Below, piece after piece: positions 29,528 to 38,335 of a stretch of DNA of 64,000 nucleotides; positions within the stretch are counted from its first letter, which is position 1, and the number at the start of each line of letters is the position of its first letter. The notes below the pieces were generated by a model, which was not told where the DNA came from, ran no database searches, and saw only the letters and a program-made list of their open reading frames with translations. The DNA lies in the IMG/VR virus record IMGVR_UViG_3300031673_000022, positions 9,496 to 73,495 of that record; one strand, 5' to 3'. Both the position numbers and the translations under genes were made by a program. The DNA is from a virus.

Positions 29528-30081
29528 GCCGGATCCAGAGCGTCCGCCGCCGCACGGAGAGCGGCCACAACCGAAGCGGTCGATGGTTGCTTCTTGCGCT
29601 TGTTCATGAGCGTGCGGGCGTCTTCGACGAAATCACGAAGGAATTCTTCGGCATCATACTCGTCGATGCCCACTGTCGGACCCCATGTATCGTACCCCTC
29701 ACGGCCGCCGGGATCGCTTCCCGGCATCATGCTCAGGGCATGCTTGAAAGCCTCGCTGGCCATCTCCTCGCCGACGAGGAAGCTGAACACGTCGCCGTCA
29801 CCCTTGGGATCCTCGATACCGAAGTTCTCGTACCTGGGGTCGGCGCGCGATTCCTCGATCTCTCCTTCGATCAGGGCCATGAGCTTGCGGTCCCGCAGGA
29901 GCTTCTGTGCAAGATCGCGAGGCTTGGTCTTGAGTTCGTAGTAATCTGTTTCCTGCCCGCGGTCGTACTCGTGATGAATCTCGATGCCATCATCAAAGAA
30001 GCGGATGAACTCCTTATCGATGGGGGCGCTTGCCAAGATCGAGGACAGCGCCCGAAGCGCTCGTTTGATTTCGTTCTTCAT
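29524..30081 (-). CDS. acidic protein with leader-like motifs at both termini
   Basis: N-terminal MKNEIKRALRALSSILAS and C-terminal STASVVAALRAAADALDPA. Confidence 0.65.
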   Translation of the reverse strand: MKNEIKRALRALSSILASAPIDKEFIRFFDDGIEIHHEYDRGQETDYYELKTKPRDLAQKLLRDRKLMALIEGEIEESRADPRYENFGIEDPKGDGDVFSFLVGEEMASEAFKHALSMMPGSDPGGREGYDTWGPTVGIDEYDAEEFLRDFVEDARTLMNKRKKQPSTASVVAALRAAADALDPA

Positions 30082-30088
30082 TGGTTCC

Positions 30089-31726
30089 TCAAACGCGCAG
30101 CTTGCGACGTAGCTTCGCGGGGTCCACGTCAAAGTTCCAGTAACCGTCTGCGTCCTCGTAGGCGGTGTACTTGCCGTCCTTGCTCTCGAAGTCGAGCTTG
30201 ACGTTGAGGTCATCGAAGCCGTCAAGGAACTCCGCGAAAGCAGCGACGCTCACGTCTCTGCCGTAGGGGTTGTCCAGATTGAGGCGCTCGGTGTCGATCT
30301 CGATCTCGATCTCGCCGGTCTCCCCAAGGCTGAAGCCGCGACGAGCACGAATGCCGTCTACGAACTCCATCTCGCCAACCTCGTCGATGGCTTCCTGGAT
30401 GTCGCGCTCGTCCTTACCTGCCGCGAAGGCGTCGGCGATGGCTTCCGCCAGGTCCTCGTTCTCACGCTCACGGTTGGAGGACGCGAAGTCTTCGAGGCTG
30501 TTGTGCGAGTGCGTGATGGCATCACCAAGCCCCTGGGCGACTTCACCTGCCATGTACCCATCTGGGTCCTTGTAGTTCTCCATGTACTCGTCGACGGCTT
30601 CTCGCACGAGGTCGTTGCTCATGCTGGCCAGCGCGTCGGCGGCTTCCTCGACGCTCTCGTAGGCGTTCTCCTCGACGGCAGTACGAAGCTGTACGTAAGC
30701 GGACCCGAGACGGGTGTGCTTGTCCAGCGCGCCACGAAGAGCCTTGAGATCGAGTCCATCGATGTTGTCCAAGTCGCCGTCATTGATGCCGACGCCGTGG
30801 CCTTCCTGCGTCATGAACATGAGGAACGGGGCATCGTTTTGGAGTGCCTGAGAGGCAGCATCGGGGCCAGCCAACTCCGTCAGCACCTCTTCTGCCGCTG
30901 CCTGATACTCACCAGCCGCGCGCGTCACCTCGGAAGACAGTTCGATGTCTGACCCACGGATGAGGTTGTTGAGGATGTCTGAGCCGTACTCGTCAGAGAA
31001 CATCGTCTCGACGGCCATCCCGACAAGCTGTTCCAGCGTGCTGTTGCCGATCTCACCGCCGCTGGCAATGAGCTTGGACAGCGCGGACGCACGTACGCCC
31101 TTGGTCTTCTTGGTCTTCTTCTTGTTGAGCATGGAAGCTGATCTCCGAACGTGAGATGCAAACGCGAGGTGCGCCGCCTTGTGGTCGCCGTCAGTCAAGA
31201 CTGCGCCGTAGAGCTTAGCCAAGGCGCGTTTCGCCACCTTGGACTTCATTTTGTTGTGCGCGATGATGAAGGAACGAGCCATCGTCTTGCCTGCCGCGCG
31301 ATGTCCTTTGGCCTCAATGAGAGAATCCAGCTTATCACGGATCTTCTCGACCATGTGCTGGACTCGCTTGCCTTGCTTCTTGGAGACAGGGCGCTTCTTG
31401 GTCTTGCCCTTCTTTTGGAGCCGTTCGCTCTCGCGCTCGTCCGCCTCGCCCCAGGTATAGCTGTCCGCGCCCTGCGGGACGATGACTACGTTCTGTCCCT
31501 GGATGCGGATGCGGAACTGCGAGGGCAGCGTAACGGGCTGGCTGAACTTCTTGCCCTTCTCGGGGCCGCTGGTCCACTCGAAGGTCACGCGACCGTGGTA
31601 CGCACCCCTGGTCTTCTTCGGCTGTTGCGTGATGCGGATGGGCTTCTTGCGCCACGTCTTACGCCGCTCAGCCCGCTGCTCAGCTTGACGTCGCTGCGTC
31701 TTCGTTTGTTTGAAACGTTTGGGCAA
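30089..31726 (-). CDS. 545-aa protein with basic N-half and acidic C-half (putative internal protein)
   Basis: N-terminal domain paralogous to part of 6800..8620. A VRAS linker marks the charge switch. Confidence 0.7.
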   Translation of the reverse strand: MPKRFKQTKTQRRQAEQRAERRKTWRKKPIRITQQPKKTRGAYHGRVTFEWTSGPEKGKKFSQPVTLPSQFRIRIQGQNVVIVPQGADSYTWGEADERESERLQKKGKTKKRPVSKKQGKRVQHMVEKIRDKLDSLIEAKGHRAAGKTMARSFIIAHNKMKSKVAKRALAKLYGAVLTDGDHKAAHLAFASHVRRSASMLNKKKTKKTKGVRASALSKLIASGGEIGNSTLEQLVGMAVETMFSDEYGSDILNNLIRGSDIELSSEVTRAAGEYQAAAEEVLTELAGPDAASQALQNDAPFLMFMTQEGHGVGINDGDLDNIDGLDLKALRGALDKHTRLGSAYVQLRTAVEENAYESVEEAADALASMSNDLVREAVDEYMENYKDPDGYMAGEVAQGLGDAITHSHNSLEDFASSNRERENEDLAEAIADAFAAGKDERDIQEAIDEVGEMEFVDGIRARRGFSLGETGEIEIEIDTERLNLDNPYGRDVSVAAFAEFLDGFDDLNVKLDFESKDGKYTAYEDADGYWNFDVDPAKLRRKLRV

Positions 31727-31961
31727 GGCCGCTCCCTTGCTATAGGGTGGCTACCTACGAACAGGATGGGCACATGAAACGACGTGGGTTCCTGGGAATG
31801 CTTGGGATCGCCATACCATTGTGCAGGGAGTGACGTTGAACTCCATCTACCTGTACTGGTCAGGATTGAGGCTCTGCTTAGCGAGCAGCAGGGCTGCCGT
31901 TTTCCTGAGCGTCTCGATCTTTTGGGCGTCTCGATCCATAGGTTAGGTTGCATACTGGCAT

Positions 31962-33212
31962 ATGACCCCAGCCGAACGTACCCAGACTGCCCGTGTTCTC
32001 AGAGCAGCTGCCGCCGTTTTGGCGGCCCCTTCGGAGGTAGCTGTTCTCAAAGAGCTAAAGAAGCTGGCAAGCAAGAAAAAGAGCAAAGCGCTCTTTTCCC
32101 CCGATGTGCTAATCGAGGCGCTAAGGAGGACAGACCCGGCCTGGAGGCTGGAAGGCAAGGTTACCTTAGACGGACTGGACAGCGAGAACCTGCGCTACGC
32201 TCTTCTGCGCGCCAAAACGCCTGAGTTTTACAGCACTAAGATTGACGACGTCGGAAGTTCGGCCCATTTCGCCTTCCAACCTAGTAATAGGGCGGGCGTA
32301 TCCTACGAGGAATGGAAGGAGGCCGTGGGAACGGCTATAGAAAAGAAGTCAAAGAAGGGCCTGCCAACACAGCCAAAAGAGGGCCAGATCTACTACGAAG
32401 ACCTGGAGGTACGCCCCCTTCTCAGGACGACCTCTGGCATCTTTGATGGGTGGGTGTTTCAAAACGCTAAGGTTGGCATTTGGCAGTGGACCTTCCTCGC
32501 CCCTGGCGGCCACACCTATCACGTTTTGGGCGGCAAAAATGCACCGGTAGACGACCCCGCGATTTGGGGGTGGCTGTACAAAACCGTCAAGGACCTGCCT
32601 GACCGCGCCCAGGCCACACTTGATGGGGTAGATGTGGCGGGCATAGAGAAGGAACAAAATACACGCTCTAGGCTCGGGCTCGGGGACCGTCCGGTAACTG
32701 TGGGGGCGGTGGGGACATGTGCGGTATGCGACAAGGTGCAAAAGCTGCGCAATGGGCGCATGGTTCATCACGGCTACCTACGGCCCGGCTACGGGTCCAT
32801 CTATGGGACATGCGCCGGTTCAAAGCAGCCTCCCTACGAGGTTAGCCCCGAAGGCTGCTACTTGGCGGCTGCGCACTACGAAAAAGTAGCCAGAGGCATC
32901 GACGAGGCTATCGCCCACGTAAAGCAAGGTAAAGGCTACCAGGTGGTCAAGCTCACAAGCCCAGGCGGAAGCCAGAAGCCGTACCGAGTATCGCCTACCT
33001 CCGTTGCCGAAACAAGCGAGAGTCTTAGCCGTGCCGAGATGCGGTCGCTCCCTAACCTCTACGTAGGCACAGACCCGGCGGTCGCCTGGCCCGCAGTCGT
33101 TACTGACTACGTGTCGTCTAGGAAGAAGGAGCAAACGCAGCTGTACTCAGAGGCAAAGCGAATGAAGAAAAAGGCGGCGGCGTGGGTGCCTACGCCGCCC
33201 CTGGGGGCTTGA
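31962..33212 (+). CDS. leader-bearing protein with Zn-binding domain
   Basis: Leader MTPAERTQTARVLRAAAAVLAA, then GTCAVC..MVHHGY..GTCAGS. Confidence 0.7.
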   Translation: MTPAERTQTARVLRAAAAVLAAPSEVAVLKELKKLASKKKSKALFSPDVLIEALRRTDPAWRLEGKVTLDGLDSENLRYALLRAKTPEFYSTKIDDVGSSAHFAFQPSNRAGVSYEEWKEAVGTAIEKKSKKGLPTQPKEGQIYYEDLEVRPLLRTTSGIFDGWVFQNAKVGIWQWTFLAPGGHTYHVLGGKNAPVDDPAIWGWLYKTVKDLPDRAQATLDGVDVAGIEKEQNTRSRLGLGDRPVTVGAVGTCAVCDKVQKLRNGRMVHHGYLRPGYGSIYGTCAGSKQPPYEVSPEGCYLAAAHYEKVARGIDEAIAHVKQGKGYQVVKLTSPGGSQKPYRVSPTSVAETSESLSRAEMRSLPNLYVGTDPAVAWPAVVTDYVSSRKKEQTQLYSEAKRMKKKAAAWVPTPPLGA

Positions 33213-33330
33213 TGAGACAGTTACAGCGCACACAAGTTGCCCGCGCGCTCAGAGCAGCTGCCCGCGTTTTGGCTAGCGAGCTGGCGTACCCGAAAGAGAT
33301 GCGCGACAGCATCATGCGCAAGGTCAGGGC

Positions 33331-33530
33331 TGGTCCCGATGAGCGGCTTGCGCGCGAGGACGATCGGCTCCGGCACGAAGCTGTCCCACGACTTGCCCAT
33401 GAAGCCGGCGCCCTCGTGCTCGTAGTCGTCACCGGCCAACCAGTGCCCCAACACCTCGGCGATGTCCGGCTCTTTCGACAAACCGTAAGGCGGGTCCGTA
33501 ACAACCGCGTCCACCGCGTTGTCGGGGAGA
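33331..33530 (-). pseudogene. fragment of N6/N4 DNA methyltransferase (DPPY motif) with internal deletion
   Basis: [30 protein letters not shown] is joined directly to [13 protein letters not shown], which normally lies far downstream. Confidence 0.7.
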
Positions 33531-33625
33531 GCGCCGTTCTTGGGCAAGCGCCACATGCGAGGCTTCGGGTTGCCCTCCTGCACCCGCGCGGTCACCGAAC
33601 CGATCTCGATGAAGCCGAAGCCCAT
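33526..33625 (-). pseudogene. pyrD: fragment of dihydroorotate dehydrogenase
   Basis: [27 protein letters not shown] matches the class-2 PyrD signature. Confidence 0.7.
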
Positions 33626-33678
33626 TACCGCGGGCTTGAAGAAGCTGGGTTCCCTCGCTCAAAGGCGAAGATGTGGTG

Positions 33679-34176
33679 ATGGACGCCCGGACCCGAGCCT
33701 CTGTTGTTGCCTCACTGCGCTCTGCTGCCGCGGCAGTCCTCGCGCGCGAGGAACCCGCGGACATCACGTACCGGGGCCGTTTTAGTGGGGGCTGGAACCC
33801 CGTCTACAAGCTCCTCGTGTACGAAGGTGGCAAGAAGGTCGGCGGCATCCTCCTCATCGAGGGATTGAGCCCGTGGTCCCGACAAAACATCCCTTGCCCC
33901 GACGACGTGAGGGCTCTCATCGATCATGGGGCTGACGAGAAGGCAAATATTTGGATGGTCGACGGAGCGTTCTTGGACGAGAACCTGCACAATCAGGGCA
34001 TCGGCAAGGAGATGTACCGCCGTGCCTTCGCGGCCATCGTCAAGAAGAAGGGTCCTTGCTTCTTCGTCCCGACCTACTGCGAGCTTGGCAGCGGTACCTC
34101 GAAGGCTGCGCGTCGAGTGTGGAAGTCCCTGAGTCGGGAGTTCACGTCCTCGGGCGACGTCTTCTACGTGAAGTAA
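33679..34176 (+). CDS. leader-bearing GNAT acetyltransferase
   Basis: Leader MDARTRASVVASLRSAAAAVLA, acetyl-CoA motif LDENLHNQGIGKEMY, and TSKAARRVWKSL. Confidence 0.75.
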   Translation: MDARTRASVVASLRSAAAAVLAREEPADITYRGRFSGGWNPVYKLLVYEGGKKVGGILLIEGLSPWSRQNIPCPDDVRALIDHGADEKANIWMVDGAFLDENLHNQGIGKEMYRRAFAAIVKKKGPCFFVPTYCELGSGTSKAARRVWKSLSREFTSSGDVFYVK

Positions 34177-34220
34177 TCCCTATAGGGACAATCTCGGGGG
34201 TTGCGGGCTGGATTGTCCCC

Positions 34221-34251
34221 AAAAGGAAAAGGGGAGCCCGAAGGCTCCCCT
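34221..34251 (-). terminator. rho-independent terminator (UUCG loop)
   Basis: AGGGGAGCC-TTCG-GGCTCCCCT followed by TTTCCTTTT on the minus strand. Confidence 0.7.
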
Positions 34252-34273
34252 CTCCCAAGGCCACGAGCCCGAA

Positions 34274-34615
34274 CTACGCGACGACGATGCGCGAGTCAGT
34301 GGCAGCGAGGTTGCCGAGCACCGCAGTGCCCGCCTCCCACGACGCGGCGATGACGAAGGATCCGCCCGCGGTCGACTGCACCGCGAGGGCCTTCTTTTTG
34401 TCAGAGCCAGTCAGCGACGCGGGAGCGCACAAGTTGTGACCGAGAACTGCCCGTTGCGCGTGTCCCCGACCTTCATGATGAAGTCGCCATCGGGCACCGA
34501 TACTCCGATGAGTCTGGAGCCGACGTCGGCAGTCACCTAGCGCTACAAAGTAGTTCCGCTTGCCGTCTATGACCTGTTGGATAGCCTCAGACGCTGATTT
34601 GTTCTTCTTCTTCAT
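34274..34615 (-). pseudogene. mosaic ORF: methylase N-terminus fused to unrelated gene fragments
   Basis: IQQVIDGKRNYFVALGDCR resembles an MTase N-terminus. The middle reads naturally in another frame (IGVSVPDGDFIMKVGDTRNGQFSVTT), and the 3' end looks like the tail of a different gene. Confidence 0.5.
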
Positions 34616-34814
34616 TTGCGTCCTTAGCTTCGACGACGTCTGTGGCTCTGTCTGCGTTCTCGATTACGGATTCGATCTCGTCGCCAAGGCGATCGAACGC
34701 CTTGGGAGCTTCATCAAGCGCGTCCACAAAAGAGCGAAGCGCCTGACGCGAGGCACGAATGCCCCGCGTCAGCGCTTTCTCGACAAAGCGGACAGTCTTT
34801 CGACCGGCGCTCAT
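34587..34814 (-). CDS. small hypothetical protein
   Basis: ATGA-coupled to the upstream gene. Confidence 0.55.
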   Translation of the reverse strand: MSAGRKTVRFVEKALTRGIRASRQALRSFVDALDEAPKAFDRLGDEIESVIENADRATDVVEAKDANEEEEQISV

Positions 34815-35116
34815 GCCTTGCCTTGCTGCTCCAAGCGAGTGACGCAGAGCTTGCGCTGGAGCTTGATGCCCTTGAGCGTGTCCTTGTACGGGCCTTCGGC
34901 CTGCAAAAGCTCCGCCTTCAGGTCGAGGACAGCCTCGTCGTTGGCGCGCGCGTCATCGGTCTCCTTCTCGTGCATTGAAAGGCGCACAAGGCGACCCTTC
35001 AACTCCTTCTCACCCTCACCCAGGATCGAGTCCACGACTTCCTGGCCGCAGGCATCCGCGACCTTCTTCTCGAACTTCTGCGCGGGACTGAGGGCTTCCT
35101 TCTTCGGCTTAGCCAT
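34811..35116 (-). CDS. small coiled-coil protein
   Basis: 101-aa ORF immediately downstream of recA with biased codons. Confidence 0.65.
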   Translation of the reverse strand: MAKPKKEALSPAQKFEKKVADACGQEVVDSILGEGEKELKGRLVRLSMHEKETDDARANDEAVLDLKAELLQAEGPYKDTLKGIKLQRKLCVTRLEQQGKA

Positions 35117-35128
35117 GACTGATTACCC

Positions 35129-37819
35129 CTACTTGGTTTTGACGGTCCACTTGGTGACCTTTTTTGTGCTGCTTTTCTTAGCAGACTTCTTCTTGGTGGT
35201 CTTCTTCTTCTTGCTCTTGTCCTTTGCCTTCTTGCGGGCAGCACCGAGGAGAGCGGGAGTCTCTTCATCTTCGGGAGCGCTGTCCTCTTCGGGCGTGCTG
35301 TCCTCGGCAGTCTCCTCGGATGCCTCTGAGGCTTCCTCAGATGCCTCGTCGTCCTCGTAGAGTTCATCGTCGAGGTCCTCGTCACCCGCGATGGTCTTCA
35401 CCTTCTCACGCTTGGCTCCGACCGTGGAGACGTCGCCCTCGTCGGTCACGAGGGTGTTCTTGCTCTCACGGTACTTCTTGATCGCCTCGCCGTTGATCAG
35501 CTTCGAGCGGCACATCTGGTAGATCGGTCCTTCGCGTCCCTGCTCCTGCAAGACTTGCTCGAAATGGGAACCAGACTTGAAGTCCATATCCACCGACGGA
35601 TCGAGTCCCACGATGCTCGGCAGCTTGCCGCGCTTCACGAGGTACCCAGCGAGCTTGCAGAAGTTCAGCACGTCGGAGGCGATGTCGATGCCGACACCAA
35701 GGTTCAGGTGGATCTGTACCTCTTGAAGCGGGATGAAGTTCTTGTTCTTCTGTGTCTTGAAACGCATGAGTTGGAGGCTACGACCATCCGGTGTATCCAC
35801 ACTCTTGCCGCGACCGACGCGCACGAGGTTCGTTGTGGCGAACTTCCAGGCGTTCCCGCCGGGGAGGTTCTCCGGTGCCTGGTACGGGTTACCGACGTTC
35901 GCTCGGATCTGATTCATGGCCACGATGCTCACATGCTTGTTCGAGATGAGCGTCTGGATGCGCTTCCACCCGAGCGAGTGCATCGCGGCATCACGGCCGG
36001 GCTGCTTGTTACGCGGGTCATCGACCCACACCTGCGGGAGCATCGCAGCGACGGTGTCGATGAAGATGACCGCCTGGGGAAGACCAGCGTGCTTGTCCGG
36101 CAGGCTGTCGCAGAAGTTGTAGATGAAGTCGTACCCAATCTCACCTGTCTTGGGACGGAAGTACCGGACGCGGCTGTAGTTGACACCGATCCCGGGCTGC
36201 TCGGTGTACTTGCGGTCCGTGGTGCCCTCGTAGTCGAGGATGGCCACGGGGATACCCAAGCCAGTCAAGTAGGCAGCGGACGTATAGCCCAAGGTGCTGT
36301 TGTGCGTGACGAACCCGTTCGCGATGAAGGAGTGGGTCTCCGGCATCTCCACGTCGAACACGGGCTGCTCACCAGCGTCTTCGACGCCCTCGACCTGGTC
36401 GTAGAAGTAGCCGGAGGACTCGATCTCTTGTAGGCGTGCTCGGAGAAGCGGGTCCCAGTCACCCGTCTCGGTCGCGTCGAGAATCTCCGTGAGGCGCCGG
36501 TAGCTCAGCCTCACCTTGGGGGAGGCACCCATCACGTCGTAGAAAAGCCGGTTGTGGTCGCGTGTCGTGCCGCGGTTGGAGTCATAGAAGTCCCGCAGCA
36601 TCAGACCGAGGTTGGGGATCGAGTGACGGCGGGAGTTGGCCTCCTTGCCTTCCATGTCAGACAACGCGGCGACGTAACGCTCCTTCACCTTGGCCGAACG
36701 GGCTCCGATCTTCTCGATGAAGGAACGGTAGTCCTGGCCGGTCAGGTGCAGACGCCAGTAGTCCGTGTTCGGGTAGTTCTTAGCTACCTTGGGAGCTATA
36801 GTACCGATGATGCCGAACATCTGAAGCATTAGCTTCACATCGTGCAGAAGCTCAAAGCTCGCGGAGGTGACCTCGATGGAGGTGGGGCTGGCAAAGCTCT
36901 CACAATCGAAGTAGCCACGCAGGAAGGAGGCGGATCCTTCCTTATCGAATCCACGAACACGGGAGGGTACGCGCTTGAACCGGGCGACACCCACCTCACT
37001 TCCCCAGGTCTCGTAGAAGGCGGTTACGCCCTCCTTCGAGTTGAAGTGATAGGACGTGCTAGTGGACGTCTTGTCGTATGTCTTTGGGTCTACGCCGAGC
37101 AAAGCGGGGCCGTGAGACTTGATCACAGCCTCGACGTCGGGGTCGTCGTTGGTCATCAACAGACGCCGCTCGCCGAAGTGGGCATCAGCGACCAGAGCGC
37201 CCAGCAGGTATGCCTGCTCCTCCGCGACCTGCTCCGGACCGAACGACGGTGCCGTGGAGCGCAGGAGATAGTCACCGGGGCGCAGAGCGGCAGTTGTTCG
37301 CCACACCCAGTTACCGCCGTCGGACATGACGAGGTGCGGGTGGTTGGCTGTGGACTCGATCCGACCACCGCTAGAGGTCATGATGCGAGTAACGGGCTTC
37401 CGTCCGTTCATGAACAGACGGGCGCTGCGCTCAGCGTGCCCATGCCTGTTGATGAGAGGCATGCCGAACTCGACAACCTTGTTCGTACAGACTGCCTCGT
37501 GGTCGGCTCGCTTGAACACCTCTTCAAGCGTCAGTAGCCCCAGTCCGGTGTGGATCATGCTTGATTTTACAAGGCATTTCCCTGAGTGCTCAGGACCGTA
37601 GAATTGGATGACCTGACCACCGTAGTAGCCGCCACCCAACACGAGGTCGAGCCCGAGGCAGCCGGTGGAGAGGAAGTCCTCTGACCTCTTGACCTCAAGC
37701 TCGATCGACTTGAGTTCACCCTCCTTCTCCAGCTTGCCCATGAGAGCAAATACGTCGGCGTTACCAAGCGCCTTGTTGTCGGGGGAAGGCTTGATCTTGG
37801 CTTTGGCTTTCTTAGCCAT
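35129..37819 (-). CDS. recA: RecA/UvsX recombinase containing an intein
   Basis: STGCLGLDLVLGGG..GPEHSGK|intein|STL, Walker B VIFIDTVAA, MNQIR, PGGNAWKF. Confidence 0.92.
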   Translation of the reverse strand: MAKKAKAKIKPSPDNKALGNADVFALMGKLEKEGELKSIELEVKRSEDFLSTGCLGLDLVLGGGYYGGQVIQFYGPEHSGKCLVKSSMIHTGLGLLTLEEVFKRADHEAVCTNKVVEFGMPLINRHGHAERSARLFMNGRKPVTRIMTSSGGRIESTANHPHLVMSDGGNWVWRTTAALRPGDYLLRSTAPSFGPEQVAEEQAYLLGALVADAHFGERRLLMTNDDPDVEAVIKSHGPALLGVDPKTYDKTSTSTSYHFNSKEGVTAFYETWGSEVGVARFKRVPSRVRGFDKEGSASFLRGYFDCESFASPTSIEVTSASFELLHDVKLMLQMFGIIGTIAPKVAKNYPNTDYWRLHLTGQDYRSFIEKIGARSAKVKERYVAALSDMEGKEANSRRHSIPNLGLMLRDFYDSNRGTTRDHNRLFYDVMGASPKVRLSYRRLTEILDATETGDWDPLLRARLQEIESSGYFYDQVEGVEDAGEQPVFDVEMPETHSFIANGFVTHNSTLGYTSAAYLTGLGIPVAILDYEGTTDRKYTEQPGIGVNYSRVRYFRPKTGEIGYDFIYNFCDSLPDKHAGLPQAVIFIDTVAAMLPQVWVDDPRNKQPGRDAAMHSLGWKRIQTLISNKHVSIVAMNQIRANVGNPYQAPENLPGGNAWKFATTNLVRVGRGKSVDTPDGRSLQLMRFKTQKNKNFIPLQEVQIHLNLGVGIDIASDVLNFCKLAGYLVKRGKLPSIVGLDPSVDMDFKSGSHFEQVLQEQGREGPIYQMCRSKLINGEAIKKYRESKNTLVTDEGDVSTVGAKREKVKTIAGDEDLDDELYEDDEASEEASEASEETAEDSTPEEDSAPEDEETPALLGAARKKAKDKSKKKKTTKKKSAKKSSTKKVTKWTVKTK
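36299..37576 (-). mobile_element. 426-aa intein with LAGLIDADG homing endonuclease inserted in the RecA P-loop
   Basis: Begins CLVKSS, block B TANHP, endonuclease motifs LLGALVADA and FLRGYFDCES, ends VFDVEM..FIANGFVTHN before Ser. Confidence 0.92.
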
Positions 37820-37831
37820 GTGGGGTCTCCG

Positions 37832-38332
37832 CTAGGTGCGCAGCTTGTCTATTTCCGAAGACAGCGCGTCAAAAAGGTTCACGAATCCTGTGAGGCTGTA
37901 TTCAGCCCTCCGCCGGAAAGACCGGCCCCCGACGTCTTGCGCCAGGAACTCCCCGTTGTCACCGACCGACACCGAGGAGCGGAACAACACTCGTGAACGT
38001 CGCACCAAGCGGACCTGAGGTAGCCAACAAACACCAAGCTGCGTCATGAGCTTGGTGTTGTCGCGGTCAAGGAGTAGACGCTGGTAGACGACGCTCGACG
38101 GGCGTTGTTCCGCCCAATTCGAGAGGGACTCATCGAGAGGCCCTCCACGCTCAGTCAGGACGTCCGTTACCTTCAATGAGAGCGCAGGCAAGCCCGGCTT
38201 CATCTTGGGAACGTCCTTGCTGTTCTCCGTAAGGAGAAGAAGTAGGTACTTACTACCAGCACGAGTGAACACGTCGTTCACCTCGTCTAAGGCAGTAGGC
38301 GCCTCTTCCTCACTCCTTAGGAGAACCAGCAA
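37832..38332 (-). CDS. thioredoxin-fold-like hypothetical protein
   Basis: LDRDNTKLMTQLGVCWLPQVRLV resembles the thioredoxin cis-Pro region. No CxxC is present. Confidence 0.4.
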   Translation of the reverse strand: MLVLLRSEEEAPTALDEVNDVFTRAGSKYLLLLLTENSKDVPKMKPGLPALSLKVTDVLTERGGPLDESLSNWAEQRPSSVVYQRLLLDRDNTKLMTQLGVCWLPQVRLVRRSRVLFRSSVSVGDNGEFLAQDVGGRSFRRRAEYSLTGFVNLFDALSSEIDKLRT

Positions 38333-38335
38333 GGG

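Larger units (their letters stand above)
33212..33679 (+). pseudogene. leader-bearing ORF whose body is antisense to methylase/pyrD fragments (disrupted or nascent gene)
   Basis: [22 protein letters not shown], after which the frame reads the antisense of recognisable minus-strand fragments. Confidence 0.55.

Noticed and set aside
33221-33625. 134-aa ORF as a functional methyltransferase or PyrD
   Set aside because: It holds only short fragments of each enzyme and lacks the SAM-binding motif and most of the PyrD barrel.
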